Source: Macrostomum lignano (Eukaryota). From it: 58,736 bases of DNA. How positions within the stretch are numbered: position 1 is the stretch's first letter; each line of letters opens with the position of its first letter. This document shows positions 1 to 25,319 of this stretch, in pieces. Location: positions 1-58,736 of the forward strand of contig NIVC01003593.1 in NCBI GenBank assembly GCA_002269645.1, read 5' to 3'. The notes below the pieces were generated by a model that had not been told where the DNA came from, did no database searches, and saw nothing but the letters and a program-made list of their open reading frames with translations. Made by a program: the position numbers and the translations under genes.

Positions 1-390
1 CACACATTGAGACAATGAGACACTGAGATACTGAGACACTGAGACACTGAGGCACTGAGACACTGAGACACTGAGGACACTGAGGCACTGAGACACTGAG
101 ACACTGAGACACTGAGGCACTGAGACACTGAGACACTGAGACACTGAGACACTGAGACACTGAGACACTGAGGCACTGAGACACTGAGACACTTGAGACA
201 CTGAGGCACTGAGACACTGAAACACTGAGGCACTGAGAACTGATGCACTGAGACACTGAGACACTGAGACACTGAGACACTGAGACACTGAGACACTGAG
301 ACACTGAAACACTGAGGCACTGAGACACTGATGCACTGAGACACTGAGACACTGAGACACTGAGACACTGATGCACTGAGACACTGAGAC
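1..390. repeat. Intronic microsatellite, 8-bp unit (GAGACACT)n
   Basis: Tandem gagacact/gaggcact units, ending about 15 nt before the CAG acceptor at 403-405. Confidence 0.95.
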
Positions 391-405
391 CACGTGACCC
401 TGCAG

Positions 406-1698
406 GACTCCACTGAGCCGCTGTCGCACTGGCTACCCCTGGAGTCTGGCTTTCGACATCACAGCTAGCGAGAGTCTGACTCTGGCCAACCATGCCAGTC
501 ACGCGGAGGGCTGGGGCTACCGTCGGGTCTGGAAGGTCGACGGCACGAGTCGGCGGGTCACCACCGAGGTTGTCGCAGCCGATCTGCTGCCGCGGTGCAC
601 CTTCGGGGTGGCTACAGCCTCTTCACGCCGCGCCCACGACAAGCACGAGGGATCAGTGAGTCAGAGGGCGGAGAGGCAGATTCTCAAGCACTGAGTGGGC
701 GGAGAGGCAGATTCTCAAGCATTGATGGAGCGGAGAGGCAGATTCTCAAGCACTGAGTGGGCGGAGAGGCAGAGTCAGCATCATCATGAGTACCCTCCTC
801 GCCAACCGCAGAGTCGAGTCCGGTCGATTGCAGCTCCTTGTGGCCATGTCCGCAGACGAAACGTCTCAGGGTGAACTGTTCTGGGACGACGGAGAATCTG
901 ATTGTGAGCTGGTGAGGACGATTGGTCTCTCTGTGATTCTCATAAACGTGGATCGTGGGTTTGAATTGAATCGTGGGTTTCTTTTGCGTTTCCCGATTTC
1001 AGACTCGGATCGTCTGGACGGGCCGAACGTCCCGCTTTTCCACGTCACTGTCAATTGCGCCAAGGTACAAAATAGGGCACTAAATTAAGTTCAGGACAGA
1101 GAATAAATGGAAGGTTGAAGCGGCGGTTGAGCTTGCCCAAGATGAGATTTTGGGCAAGGCAAAAGGTGGGCCAAGGTTGAGGCAAGAGTGAAACACAGGT
1201 GAGGCAAGAGTGAGCCTCGGGTGGGGCAAGAGTGAGCACGGGTGAGGCAAGAGTGAGCCACGGGTGAGGCAAGAGTGAGCCACGGATGAGGCAAGAGTGA
1301 GCCACGGGTAAGGCAAGAGTGAGCCTCGGGTGAGGCAAGAGTGAGCCTCAGGTGAGGCAAGAGTGAGCCAAGGGTGAGGCAAGAGTGACACAGGTGAGGC
1401 AAGAGTGAGAGCCTAATTGGCTAAAAAATCAAATTAATTCTTTCCTCAGCGCCGCTGCATCGTCAGCCCCACTCAGGATGGCATCCCGAGCCAGCCGAAG
1501 CTGCTGGAGAGCGTCACCATCCTCGCTCCGGTCGGGAATCCGACGACCCACCGCCGCGCGAGCTGCTCATCAACGGGCGCCCGGTGGAGTTTCGCTACGC
1601 TTGGATCGACGGCGACGGACGCAGCCGGCAGGGCGTTGTCATGGCAACGAATTTGACTGCGGCGCTAAGACTTAACCAACGATTGGAGATCGAATGCG
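406..1698 (+). CDS. GH31 alpha-glucosidase, C-terminal part of upstream catalytic unit (5'-partial, contains frameshifts)
   Basis: GT-AG exons 406-655, 812-903, 1003-1064, 1450-1698. Peptides GY.PGVW.FD and [10 protein letters not shown] (both need indel correction), [25 protein letters not shown] and [11 protein letters not shown] match the GH31 C-terminal beta domains (G.LFWDDGES motif). Confidence 0.75.
660..775. repeat. Intronic ~31-bp tandem repeat (3-4 copies)
   Basis: gggcggagaggcagattctcaagcactgagt units. Confidence 0.85.
1150..1410. repeat. Intronic ~20-bp minisatellite
   Basis: gggtgaggcaagagtgagcc units. Confidence 0.9.
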
Positions 1699-1739
1699 GT
1701 AAGGGTCACGTGATCTATATACATAACATACCACAGGAA

Positions 1740-1975
1740 TGTCGAGAGAATGTCCGTCAGAAAACGATTCCAGCCAATTAGGGCAGGGCCAGATAGTCAC
1801 GTGATATATTCATGCTACTGGAGAGAGAATGTTATCAGAAAACCGATTCCAGCCAATTAGCGTAGGGCCAGATAGTCACGTGATCTATTCATGCTACTGG
1901 AGAGAGAATGTTATCAGAAAACCGATTCCAGCCAATTAGCGTAGGGCCAAATAGTCACGTGATCTATCTATTCTA
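1740..1975. repeat. Intronic long-unit tandem repeat (about 3 copies)
   Basis: gagaatgttatcagaaaaccgattccagccaattagcgtagggccagatagtcacgtgat repeated. Confidence 0.85.
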
Positions 1976-2060
1976 GGCTATATATTGTACTTTACTAGAT
2001 ATCACTAACAGTTGCAAATCTGCATATGGCCATATACATAACCATTGTGATGGATTCCAG

Positions 2061-13714
<11,654 letters not shown>

Positions 13715-14194
13715 AACTGTAACAGCCACACTGGCTGACTGACTACTGATTGGCGAACTAATTAACATAATTTATGCAAATTATAAAACGAATAAAATTG
13801 AAACCAAAATGCCATCTCTTCTACTTAAAGTGTGACTTTTTGATTAATAAAGAAGTGTATTAGAAATCATACTAAATATAATATATATTTCAGACAATTA
13901 TTAATTTAATAATTTCGATAGAAAAAAACAATCATATTAGCGAAAATTGGCTATTAAAGACGAGCCTATTGTACCGATTGAACAGACCGGGTAGTTGAAG
14001 GACAGAGCAGTTATGCTATCAAAAACATCGAAGGGCCATTGCTTTTTAGAAACACATCCATAATATAATTACCTCAGCTAAGCAAAGCTTTATTAATTAA
14101 AAAAGTGAACAAATTAAAGCAGACAATTTCGGAATAATTATAATAGAACCGAAAACCGCTTACTAAGAGAGACTGGACGTTACAAGTTTGTACC

Positions 14195-14915
14195 GGACAC
14201 TAAAGATCGGACACTAAAGGATACCGGACACTAGAGAATACCGGACACTAAAGGATACCGGACACTAAAGGATACCGGACACTAAAGGATACCGGACACT
14301 AGAGAATACCGGACACTAGAGAATACCGGACACTAAAGGATACCGGACACTAGAGAATACCGGACACTAGAGAATACCGTACACTAAAGAATACCGGACA
14401 CTAGAGAATACCGGACACTAGAGAATACCGGACACTAGAGAATACCGGACACTAAAGGATACCGGACACTAGAGAATACCGGACACTAGAGAATACCGTA
14501 CACTAAAGAATACCGGACACTAGAGAATACCGGACACTAGAGAATACCGGACACTAAAGAATACCGGACACTAGAGAATACCGGACACTAGAGAATACCG
14601 GACACTAGAGAATACCGGACACTAAAGGATACCGGACACTAGAGAATACCGGACACTAGAGAATACCGGACACTAAAGAATACCGGACACTAGAGAATAC
14701 CGGACACTAAAGAATACCGGACACTAGAGAATACCGGACACTAGAGAATACCGGACACTAAAGAATACCGGACACTAGAGAATACCGGACACTAAAGAAT
14801 ACCGGACACTAGAGAATACCGGACACTAGAGAATACCGGACACTAAAGAATACCGGACACTAGAGAATACCGGACACTAAAGAATACCGGACACTAGAGA
14901 ATACCGGACACTAGA
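14195..14915. repeat. Intergenic 17-bp minisatellite between the convergent GH31 and BLMH 3' ends
   Basis: accggacactagagaat units. Confidence 0.95.
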
Positions 14916-15028
14916 AGAGGAGACCCTAGAAAATGGGACAACAAAAATCAAATTTAGAAAAAAAGTTTGTAAAAATGTGTTTAAACCCCAGTCGGCTCCC
15001 CTTAGCAACAGACCGCTGAGTTGGAGGT

Positions 15029-18000
15029 TCACTGGGCCAGAGCACCCATGGGGTCCCAGGCGGGCAGCACGATGGGATCCTGTTCCAGCACGGCTCGCAT
15101 CTTGTCGGTAAGGCGAGCCTTGTCGATGGCCACCTCGTAGACGTATTCGTCGAACCAGGCGTCTGTGACCGTCAGATAGCCTTTCAGTCCGTAATCCTGG
15201 CTCCAGGAGTTCTCAACTCGCCACTTGCCCGGGCTGCCGGCGGCGGGGTCAGGCGGGGTCACACCTGCGGAGAACAGGTATTGAGAGAACAGGTTCTCAA
15301 TCAATATTTCATATGAGAGAACAGGTTTTCAATCAATATCTCACATAAGAGAACAGGTTCTCCATCAAATATCTCAAATGAGAGAACAGGTTCTCAATCA
15401 ATATTTCATATGAGAGAACAGGTTTTCAATCAATATCTCACATAAGAGAACAGGTTCTCCATCAAATATCTCAAATGAGAGAACAGGTTCTCAATCAATA
15501 TCTCATATGAAAGAGCAGATTCCCCATCAACCTAATTCCCCCCAGGCCTTACCAGTAAGCAACATAGCGTGAGTCATAAGCGAGTCCCCATAGAGCAGGC
15601 GCTCCTTCTTATCCATAGTGTTGAGCTGCAGCCCGCACAGCAGGTCAAGCCTGTGCAGATTGGGGTCAGCCAGACCGGCCGTCCTGCTGTGACCTTTGCT
15701 CACGTGCGACCCGAACCATACAGGCAGTCGATCGCGCAAAGCATCGGTTGCTAGGCGACGCAGTTCCTCTGATGGCAGATTAACGTAGAGCACTCGTCTG
15801 GCGCCCTGCATATTGTTGAGCATGTCCACCGTCATTAGGCGATAGTAGGGATTGCGCGGATCGTTGACCAGGCACACCTGTTGCGGTTGAGTTTAGTTGA
15901 GGGGTGAGTAATCATATTGTCTCTGTAATAGCAGGTCAGATATGCTGAATTTAAACTGTGATGTAGCACAAATGAGTAAATAAGGACCATAGAATATTAC
16001 TGGTAGGTAAGCCTTAAATCACCGACTCTAGATCAGACTCTAGATCATGGACTCTAGATCATAGACTCTAGATCATGGACTCTAGATCATAGACTCTGGA
16101 TCACGGGCTCTAGATTAGACACTATAGATCACGGACTCTAGATCATAGACTCTAGATCACGGACTCTAGATCATGGACTCTAGATTATGAGCTCTAGATC
16201 ATAGACTCTAGATCATGGACTCTAGATCATAGACTCTAGATCATGGACTCTAGATCATAGACTCTAGATCATGGACTCTAGATCATGGACTCTAGATCAT
16301 GGACTCTAGATCATAGACTCTAGATCATGGACTCTAGATCATGGACTCTAGATCATGGACTCTAGATTATGAACTCTAGATCAGACTCTAGATCATGGAC
16401 TCTAGATCATATACTCTAGATCATGGACTCTAGATCATAGACTCTGGATCACGGGCTCTAGATTAGACACTATAGATCGCGGACTCTAGATCATGGACTC
16501 TAGATCACGGACTCTAGATCATGGACTTTAGATTATGAGCTCTAGATCATAGACTCTAGATCATGGACTCTAGATCATAGACTCTAGATCATGGACTCTA
16601 GATCATAGACTCTAGATCATAGACTCTAGATCATGGACTCTAGATCATAGACTCTAGATCATGGACTCTAGATCATGGACTCTAGATCATGGTCTTTAGA
16701 TCATAGACTCTAGATCATGGACTCTAGATCATAGACCCTAGATCATAGACTCTAGATCATGGACTCTAGATCATAGACTCTGGATCATAGACCCTAGATC
16801 ATAGACTCTAGATCATAGACACTAGATCATAGACTCTAGATCATAGACACTAGATCATGGACTCTAGATCATGGACTCTAGATCATGGACTCTAGATCAT
16901 GGACTCTAGATCATAGACTCTAGATCATAGACTCTCGATCATGGACTCTAGATCATGGACTCTAGATCATAGAATCTAGATCATAGACTCTAGATCATGG
17001 ACTCTAGATCATAGACTCTAGATCATAGACTCTAATTCATAGACTCTAGATCACGGGCTCTAGATTAGACACTATAGATCACGGACTCTAGATCTTGAGC
17101 TCTAGATCATGGACTCTAGATCATAGACTCTAGATCATGAGCTCTAGATCACAGACTCTAGAGCAAGAACAATAGAAAGCTGACATTAGAAAAGACTGCA
17201 GAACAGTCACCGAGGAATGAATGGATTTCAGACAACAGGTCCCACCTGAGCGCCAAGGTCAACCAGCGGTTTCACGTGCTCCTGATAGAACTGCAGCGGA
17301 GTCACGGGCCCGATGCGGCGATACTTGTTGCCGCCGGCTGCGGCGTCGGCCTCAGCGGTGGCGCCTCCGGCAGAAGCCGCCGTGGCCGCGTACTCGAAGG
17401 TGAACTTGGCCGGCGGCCGGCCGATGGCGGCGCAGCAGAAGCGGAACAGCTCGGGCAGCAGGTCGGAGTCGATGTAGGCGCGAATCTGGTCGGCTGTCTG
17501 GCCGGCAGCGTGCAGATCCCGGATGCGCTTGGCGCTCTGCCGGTGCCAGGTGTTCAACCAGAAATTGAACTGCAGCGTCTCCTGCGAGACCAGCGGCTCA
17601 GTCCAGCACTGCTTGGGCACGACGCCGTGCTTCTCAACCTGGGATTTATGATTGAATAATTATCCCATTATTACCTACCACGTACCACAAATATTGTAAA
17701 ACACTATCGAAATCCCACAAATACCCCTCAATGATATTAAAATCCCAAAAATATCCTGAAATCCCATTGAAATCCAACAAATATCCCAAAACCGATGGAA
17801 ATGCCACAAACATCCCAAATCCTATTGAAATCTTACAAACATCTCAAAATACCATTGAAATCCCACAGATATCCCAAAACCCCATTGAAATCCCACAGAT
17901 ATCCCAAAACCCCATTGAAATCCCACAGATATCCCAAATCCTAATGAAATCTCACAAATATCCTAAAATGCCATTGAAATCCCACAAATATCCCATAATC

Positions 18001-19020
18001 CCAGTGAAATCCGACAAATATCCCAAAATCCTATTGAAGTCCCACAAATATCTTAAAATCCCATTAAAATCCCACAAATATCCCTAAATCCCATTAAAAT
18101 CCCACAAATATCCCAAAATTCCATTGAAATTCTACAAATATCCCAAATCCCATTAAAATCCCACAAATATCCCCAAATCCTATTAAAATCCCACAAATAT
18201 CCGAAAATTTCATTGAAATTCTACAAATATCCCAAAATCCCATTGAAATCCCAAAAATATCCCAAAATGCCATTGAAATTCTACAAATATTCCAAAATCC
18301 CATTGAAATCCCACAAATATCCCAAAATCCCATTGAAATCCCACAAATATCCCAAAATCCCATTGAAATTCTACAAATATTCCAAAATCCCATTGAAATC
18401 CCACAAATATCCCAAAATCCCATTGAAATCCCACAAATATCCCAAAATCCCATTGAAATTCTACAAATATCCCAAATATCCCATTGAAATCCCACAAATA
18501 TCCCAAAATGCCATTGAAATCCTACAAAATACTGACTCACCAAGTTGACAATCATATCCCACTGGCCGCCATCTTCAGCCGGATTGTGCAGCAGATGCTG
18601 CCACAGCCGGCCCTCGAGCGGCTCGCCCCGCATAGCGCAATCCAGATAGCAGTGCAGAAAGTAGTAGCCCCTCTCCAGCTTGTCCCAGAAGAACAGGTGA
18701 CTCTGCGACAGCTCCAGCTCGGCCAGTCCCAGCTGCTTGGCCAGCGGGATTCGAACCAGATTCAAAGCGGCGAACAGCCAGCAGCGGCCGCTGCGCTTCT
18801 GATCGGTGACCGGCTTGATTTCGGCGGCGCTGTAGGCGAAGGCGCTGGTGCTGCTGAGCTGGTCAACCAGCCGGCGGTCCAGCGCTACGTCGAACAGCTT
18901 ATGCCGCTGGGTGGCCAGCTCGGACAGTTGCAGCTGACCGCTGGCCGAGAATTGCGACTCCAGCTGGGCCAGCAGGTGGTTGGGAATGCCGGAGCATGAT
19001 GGAGCGGCTTTTGACGACAT
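15029..19020 (-). CDS. BLMH: Bleomycin hydrolase (peptidase C1B cysteine aminopeptidase)
   Basis: Exons (minus) 19020-18541, 17638-17246, 15877-15553, 15264-15029. Motifs: QKRSGRCWLFAALN (catalytic Cys), EDGGQWDM, LVNDPRN, SLMTHAM (His), WRVENSW (Asn), WFDEYVYE, LPAWDPMGALA C-terminus. Confidence 0.95.
15270..15515. repeat. BLMH intronic ~32-bp tandem repeat
   Basis: gagaacaggttctcaatcaatatttcatatga units. Confidence 0.85.
16030..17162. repeat. BLMH intronic 14-bp minisatellite rich in TCTAGA/GATC
   Basis: gactctagatcat(g/a) units. Confidence 0.95.
17700..18530. repeat. BLMH intronic ~30-bp degenerate minisatellite
   Basis: aaatcccacaaatatcccaaaatcccattg units. Confidence 0.9.
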
Positions 19021-19175
19021 GCTGTTGATTAGACTGTTGCTAGGGCAGCTCATGAAGGTGAAGCATAGCATAACTTCAAGGCTTTGTAGTTATACTTGGC
19101 ATTGTACTTTAAAACTCCAAAAATCTATCTCTGTATCTGTCCATGATTTCTAAAGTCCATTTCAAAACAATGGTA

Positions 19176-22100
19176 TGAAGGTGAGAATCACTGATGTGAC
19201 CTGAAGGAATGAGAATCACTGATGTGACCTGAAGGTGAGAGAATCACTGATGTGACCTGAAGGTGAGAGAATCACTGATGTGACCTGAAGGTGAGAGAAT
19301 CACTGATGTGACCTGAAGGTATGAGAATCATTGATGTGACCTGAAGGTATGAGAATCACTGATGTGACCTGAAGGTATGAGAATCATTGATGTGACCTGA
19401 AGGTATGAGAATCACTGATGTGACCTGAAGGTATGAGAATCACTGATGTGACCTGAAGGTATGAGAATAATTGATGTGACCTGAAGGTATGAGAATCACT
19501 GATGTGACCTGAAGGTATGAGAATCACTGATGTGACCTGAAGGTATGAGAATCAATGATGTGACCTGAAGGTATGAGAATCACTGATGTGACCTGAAGGT
19601 ATGAGAATCACTGATGTGACCTGAAGGTATGAGAATCATTGATGTGACCTGAAGGTATGAGAATCACTGATGTGACCTGAAGGTATGAGAATCATTGATG
19701 TGACCTGAAGGTATGAGAATCACTGATGTGACCTGAAGGTATGAGAATCACTGATGTGACCTGAAGGTATGAGAATCACTGATGTGACCTGAAGGTATGA
19801 GAATCATTGATGTGACCTGAAGGTATGAGAATCACTGATGTGACCTGAAGGTATGAGAATCATTGATGTGACCTGAAGGTATGAGAATCACTGATGTGAC
19901 CTGAAGGTATGAGAATCATTGATGTGACCTGAAGGTATGAGAATCACTGATGTGACCTGAAGGTATGAGAATCACTGATGTGACCTGAAGGTACGAGAAT
20001 CATTGATGTGACCTGAAGGTATGAGAATCACTGATGTGACCTGAAGGTATGAGAATCACTGATGTGACCTGAAGGTATGAGAATCACTGATGTGACCTGA
20101 AGTGGAGAATCACTGATGTGACCTGAAGGTATGAGAATCACTGATGTGACCTGAAGTGGATAATTACTGATGTGACCTGAAGGTATGAGAATCACTGATG
20201 TGACCTGAAGTGGAGAATCACTGATGTGACCTGAAGTGGAGAATCACTGATGTGACCTGAAGTGGAGAATTACTGATGTGACCTGAAGGTGAGAATCACT
20301 GATGTGACCTGAAGGTGAGAATCACTGATGTGACCTGAAGTGGAGAATCACTGATGTGACCTGAAGTGGAGAATCACTGATGTGACCTGAAGTGGAGAAT
20401 CACTGATGTGACCTGAAGTGGAGAATTACTGATGTGACCTGAAGGTATGAGAATCACTGATGTGACCTGAAGTGGAGAACCAATGATGTGACCTGAAGTG
20501 GAGAATCACTGATGTGACCTGAAGTGGAGAATCACTGATGTGACCTGAAGTGGAGAATCACTGATGTGACCTGAAGTGGAGAATTACTGATGTGACCTGA
20601 AGGTGAGAATCACTGATGTGACCTGAAGGTGAGAATCACTGATGTGACCTGAAGTGGAGAATCACTGATGTGACCTGAAGTGGAGAATCACTGATGTGAC
20701 CTGAAGTGGAGAATCACTGATGTGACCTGAAGTGGAGAATTACTGATGTGACCTGAAGGTATGAGAATCACTGATGTGACCTGAAGTGGAGAACCAATGA
20801 TGTGACCTGAAGTGGAGAATCACTGATGTGACCTGAAGTGGAGAATCACTGATGTGACCTGAAGTGGAGAATTACTGATGTGACCTGAAGGTATGAGAAT
20901 CACTGATGTGACCTGAAGGTATGAGAATCACTGATGTGACCTGAAGGTATGAGAATCATTGATGTGACCTGAAGGTATGAGAATCACTGATGTGACCTGA
21001 AGGTATGAGAATCATTGATGTGACCTGAAGGTATGAGAATCACTGATGTGACCTGAAGGTATGAGAATCATTGATGTGACCTAAAGGTATGAGAATCACT
21101 GATGTGGCCTGAAGGTATGAGAATCACTGATGTGACCTGAAGGTACGAGAATCATTGATGTGACCTGAAGGTATGAGAATCACTGATGTGACCTGAAGTG
21201 GAGAATCACTGATGTGACCTGAAGGTATGAGAATCACTGATGTGACCTGAAGTGGAGAATTACTGATGTGACCTGAAGGTATGAGAATCACTGATGTGAC
21301 CTGAAGTGGAGAATCACTGATGTGACCTGAAGTGGAGAATCACTGATGTGACCTGAAGTGGAGAATTACTGATGTGACCTGAAGGTGAGAATCACTGATG
21401 TGACCTGAAGGTGAGAATCACTGATGTGACCTGAAGTGGAGAATCACTGATGTGACCTGAAGTGGAGAATCACTGATGTGACCTGAAGTGGAGAATCACT
21501 GATGTGACCTGAAGTGGAGAATTACTGATGTGACCTGAAGGTATGAGAATCACTGATGTGACCTGAAGTGGAGAACCAATGATGTGACCTGAAGGTATGA
21601 GAATCATTGATGTGACCTGAAGGTATGAGAATCACTGATGTGACCTGAAGGTATGAGAATCATTGATGTGACCTGAAGGTATGAGAATCACTGATGTGAC
21701 CTGAAGGTATGAGAATCACTGATGTGACCTGAAGGTATGAGAATCACTGATGTGACCTGAAGGTATGAGAATCATTGATGTGACCTGAAGGTATGAGAAT
21801 CACTGATGTGACCTGAAGGTATGAGAATCATTGATGTGACCTGAAGGTATGAGAATCACTGATGTGACCTGAAGGTATGAGAATCATTGATGTGACCTGA
21901 AGGTATGAGAATCACTGATGTGACCTGAAGGTATGAGAATCACTGATGTGACCTGAAGGTACGAGAATCATTGATGTGACCTGAAGGTATGAGAATCACT
22001 GATGTGACCTGAAGGTATGAGAATCACTGATGTGACCTGAAGGTATGAGAATCACTGATGTGACCTGAAGTGGAGAATCACTGATGTGACCTGAAGGTAT

Positions 22101-23320
22101 GAGAATCACTGATGTGACCTGAAGTGGAGAATTACTGATGTGACCTGAAGGTATGAGAATCACTGATGTGACCTGAAGTGGAGAATCACTGATGTGACCT
22201 GAAGTGGAGAATCACTGATGTGACCTGAAGTGGAGAATCACTGATGTGACCTGAAGTGGAGAATCACTGATGTGACCTGAAGTGGAGAATCACTGATGTG
22301 ACCTGAAGTGGAGAATTACTGATGTGACCTGAAGGTATGAGAATCACTGATGTGACCTGAAGTGGAGAACCAATGATGTGACCTGAAGTGGAGAATCACT
22401 GATGTGACCTGAAGTGGAGAATCACTGATGTGACCTGAAGTGGAGAATCACTGATGTGACCTGAAGTGGAGAATTACTGATGTGACCTGAAGGTGAGAAT
22501 CACTGATGTGACCTGAAGGTGAGAATCACTGATGTGACCTGAAGTGGAGAATCACTGATGTGACCTGAAGTGGAGAATCACTGATGTGACCTGAAGTGGA
22601 GAATCACTGATGTGACCTGAAGTGGAGAATTACTGATGTGACCTGAAGGTATGAGAATCACTGATGTGACCTGAAGTGGAGAACCAATGATGTGACCTGA
22701 AGTGGAGAATCACTGATGTGACCTGAAGTGGAGAATCACTGATGTGACCTGAAGTGGAGAATTACTGATGTGACCTGAAGGTATGAGAATCACTGATGTG
22801 ACCTGAAGTGGAGAACCAATGATGTGACCTGAAGTGGAGAATCACTGATGTGACCTGAAGTGGAGAATCACTGATGTGACCTGAAGTGGAGAATTACTGA
22901 TGTGACCTGAAGGTATGAGAATCACTGATGTGACCTGAAGTGGAGAACCAATGATGTGACCTGAAGTGGAGAATCACTGATGTGACCTGAAGTGGAGAAT
23001 CACTGATGTGACCTGAAGTGGAGAATTACTGATGTGACCTGAAGGTATGAGAATCACTGATGTGACCTGAAGTGGAGAACCAATGATGTGACCTGAAGTG
23101 GAGAACCAATGATGTGACCTGAAGTGGAGAATTACTGATGTGACCTGAAGGTATGAGAATCACTGATGTGACCTGAAGTGGAGAACCAATGATGTGACCT
23201 AAAGTGGAGAATCAATGATGTGACCTGAAGTGGAGAACCAATGATGTGACCTGAAGTGGAGAATCAATGATGTGACCTGAAGTGGAGAACCAATGATGTG
23301 ACCTGAAGGTGAGAATCACT
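19176..23320. repeat. 4.1-kb satellite array of 26/28-bp variants with higher-order structure
   Basis: gagaatcactgatgtgacctgaaggtat (28 bp) and gagaatcactgatgtgacctgaagtg (26 bp) in blocks; roughly 150 units. Confidence 0.97.
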
Positions 23321-24368
23321 GTGCCTTGAAGATGACATTAGAATAATATCGAAGTCTTAAAGACCAAACTAAAAATTCAAAACAATTCCTTGCCTCAACC
23401 AAGTGTCGCAGGGGGGGATAATCGGAACAAGAACTTAATCAAACTACTTCAAGTAGCTTATAAAAATAGAATGACGAGTAGAAATGTACTATACAGGCTA
23501 TCAAACTTCGATAAAAGTCGCATTTGTCCGCAAAGAATAGTGATTTTACAATGATTCAATTGATATCAATTTGAGACTTGAGAATAATTTTAGATTATTA
23601 GCGGAACGGTGCTAAGCTACTTAGAGTAAGAATAAAGCAAATTTTCTTATTATATAGCCAAACAAAAACAAAAAAGTAGACACTAATTAAACAAACAATT
23701 TATATTATGCAAACATCAGCAACTACTTACAACTATTTCATAAGTAGTATGTGATTAATAACAAAAAACACGCAATTACTTCAATTAGTGAACTATTGTA
23801 GGAATTTTTCCTTATTGTGTGTCACACCAAGGCTAACAGGAGAAAATGCGTAGAAAGTTTAAAAAAAGTATAGTCTGAATGTTAGAGAAAACATTTTAGC
23901 AGTCTATGCGATTAAAAACCTTACAGGAAAGACTTCCATGTTTATAAAGACGTTCATATGGAATTTACAGGTTGGTAGTTACACAGGATCAAAAACAGAG
24001 AGTAAAAATGCTTCCAAAAGTGAATCTCACTCGACTAGAATACAAATATAGTGTCACAATGAGTAAAAATGGCAAATTAATACTAATTATACACCTATAT
24101 GAGTACTAAGGCTATTTGTTATCAGAGCATAATAAGAACTAATATGCCCTATTCTATAACAGTACATTGCAAAACTACAACTATTTCGCTAACAGACTGC
24201 TTTGCTTTGTTCTGCGCGGGCTATTTAGGTCAAATAGCGTCAGTTTTATTGCAAGTTACTAAACCAACACAGTATATCCGAGGGTTTCGTTCGCAGAATG
24301 AATAGAAAAGGGGAGAGAGAAGAGGGGGATGGGGTAGGAGAGGGGGTAAGGGTAAGTGGGGAGGAGGG

Positions 24369-24939
24369 CCCGGCTGTGTCATCGACTCGCGCATCAAAGC
24401 GTGGATCAGGACCCAGCACCGCTCGACTTGGGCGAACTGCACCACCTGCAGGCAATCCAGAGGCGCTGTCCCTCAGCCCTCTCACCAGCTCCGGAAGCTC
24501 ATCTTGCGCCTCTCGCGCAGAGACATCCGGGCTGCCACCATGACCCTCTCTGGTCACGGCTGCTTCTCTAGGCACCAGTACCTGCAGGGCAACGCCACCA
24601 ACGCCATCTGCAGTTTCTGCAACTCAGGTGACGAAACCGCTGAGCAATTCGTCAGCATCTGTCCCGACTTTACGCGAGCCAGACTCACTTACCTCGGGCT
24701 ACACACATATATTACTGAAGCGTGCAAACCCGAAAACTTTAATCAGCTCATGCGCTACCTTCGGGCCACCCGCAGGGCTGAACTCTCCTTTCCAGAGACA
24801 CTGGGGGACCTCCCTGGGCGGCGCCAACCCTTCGTCTATAGCGACGCGTCGGCCGTTCAGGGATTAGCGGAATGAGCGTTCGCGCCTTCCCGCTGTCCCC
24901 CCCCCCCGGGAGAGCCCTGCAGCTAAGTAAGTAAGTAAG
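24369..24939 (+). mobile_element. 5'-truncated non-LTR retrotransposon 3' end (post-RNase H region with Cys/His zinc-knuckle, I/Loa-like)
   Basis: In-frame PGCVIDSRIKAWIRTQHRSTWANCTTCRQSR..LILRLSRRDIRAATMTLSGHG...C.FC..GDETAEQFVSICP (stop 24875), short 3' UTR, (TAAG)4 tail 24924-24939. Confidence 0.8.
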
Positions 24940-25170
24940 GGGGGGGGAGGAGAGGGGGAGAGAGGAGAGGGAGAAGAGAGAAGGGGAGGAGAGAATAGAG
25001 GGAAAGAAGGGGAGGAGAGAGGAGAGGAGAAGAAGGGGAGGAGAGAGGAGAGGAGAAGAAGGGGAGGAGAGAGGAGAGGAGAAGAAGGGGAGGAGAGAGG
25101 AGAGGGGAAGGAGGGGGAGTAGAGGGTAGGACAGGGCGATGGTGAGGAGAGAAATGAGAGGGAAGGGGAG
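24940..25170. repeat. GA-rich low-complexity purine tract
   Basis: (gaggagag/gaagaagggg)n; a similar tract at 24303-24368 lies on the other side of the LINE fragment. Confidence 0.9.
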
Positions 25171-25319
25171 AATGCGATAAGCTATTATTTTAGAAATCTT
25201 ACTTTAAAGGTTCGGAATTCAATAAGAATTTGGCTTCAGCAGTGTAAAAAAACTAGGAAGGAGCTATGGCATCTTTGGCAGATCATAAAACACACAGAGA
25301 CAGTTACACAAACAAGCGC

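Noticed and set aside
19176-23320. CRISPR array (also considered for the other 25-45 bp arrays)
   Set aside because: Units are head-to-tail with no unique spacers, there are no cas genes, and the context is eukaryotic.
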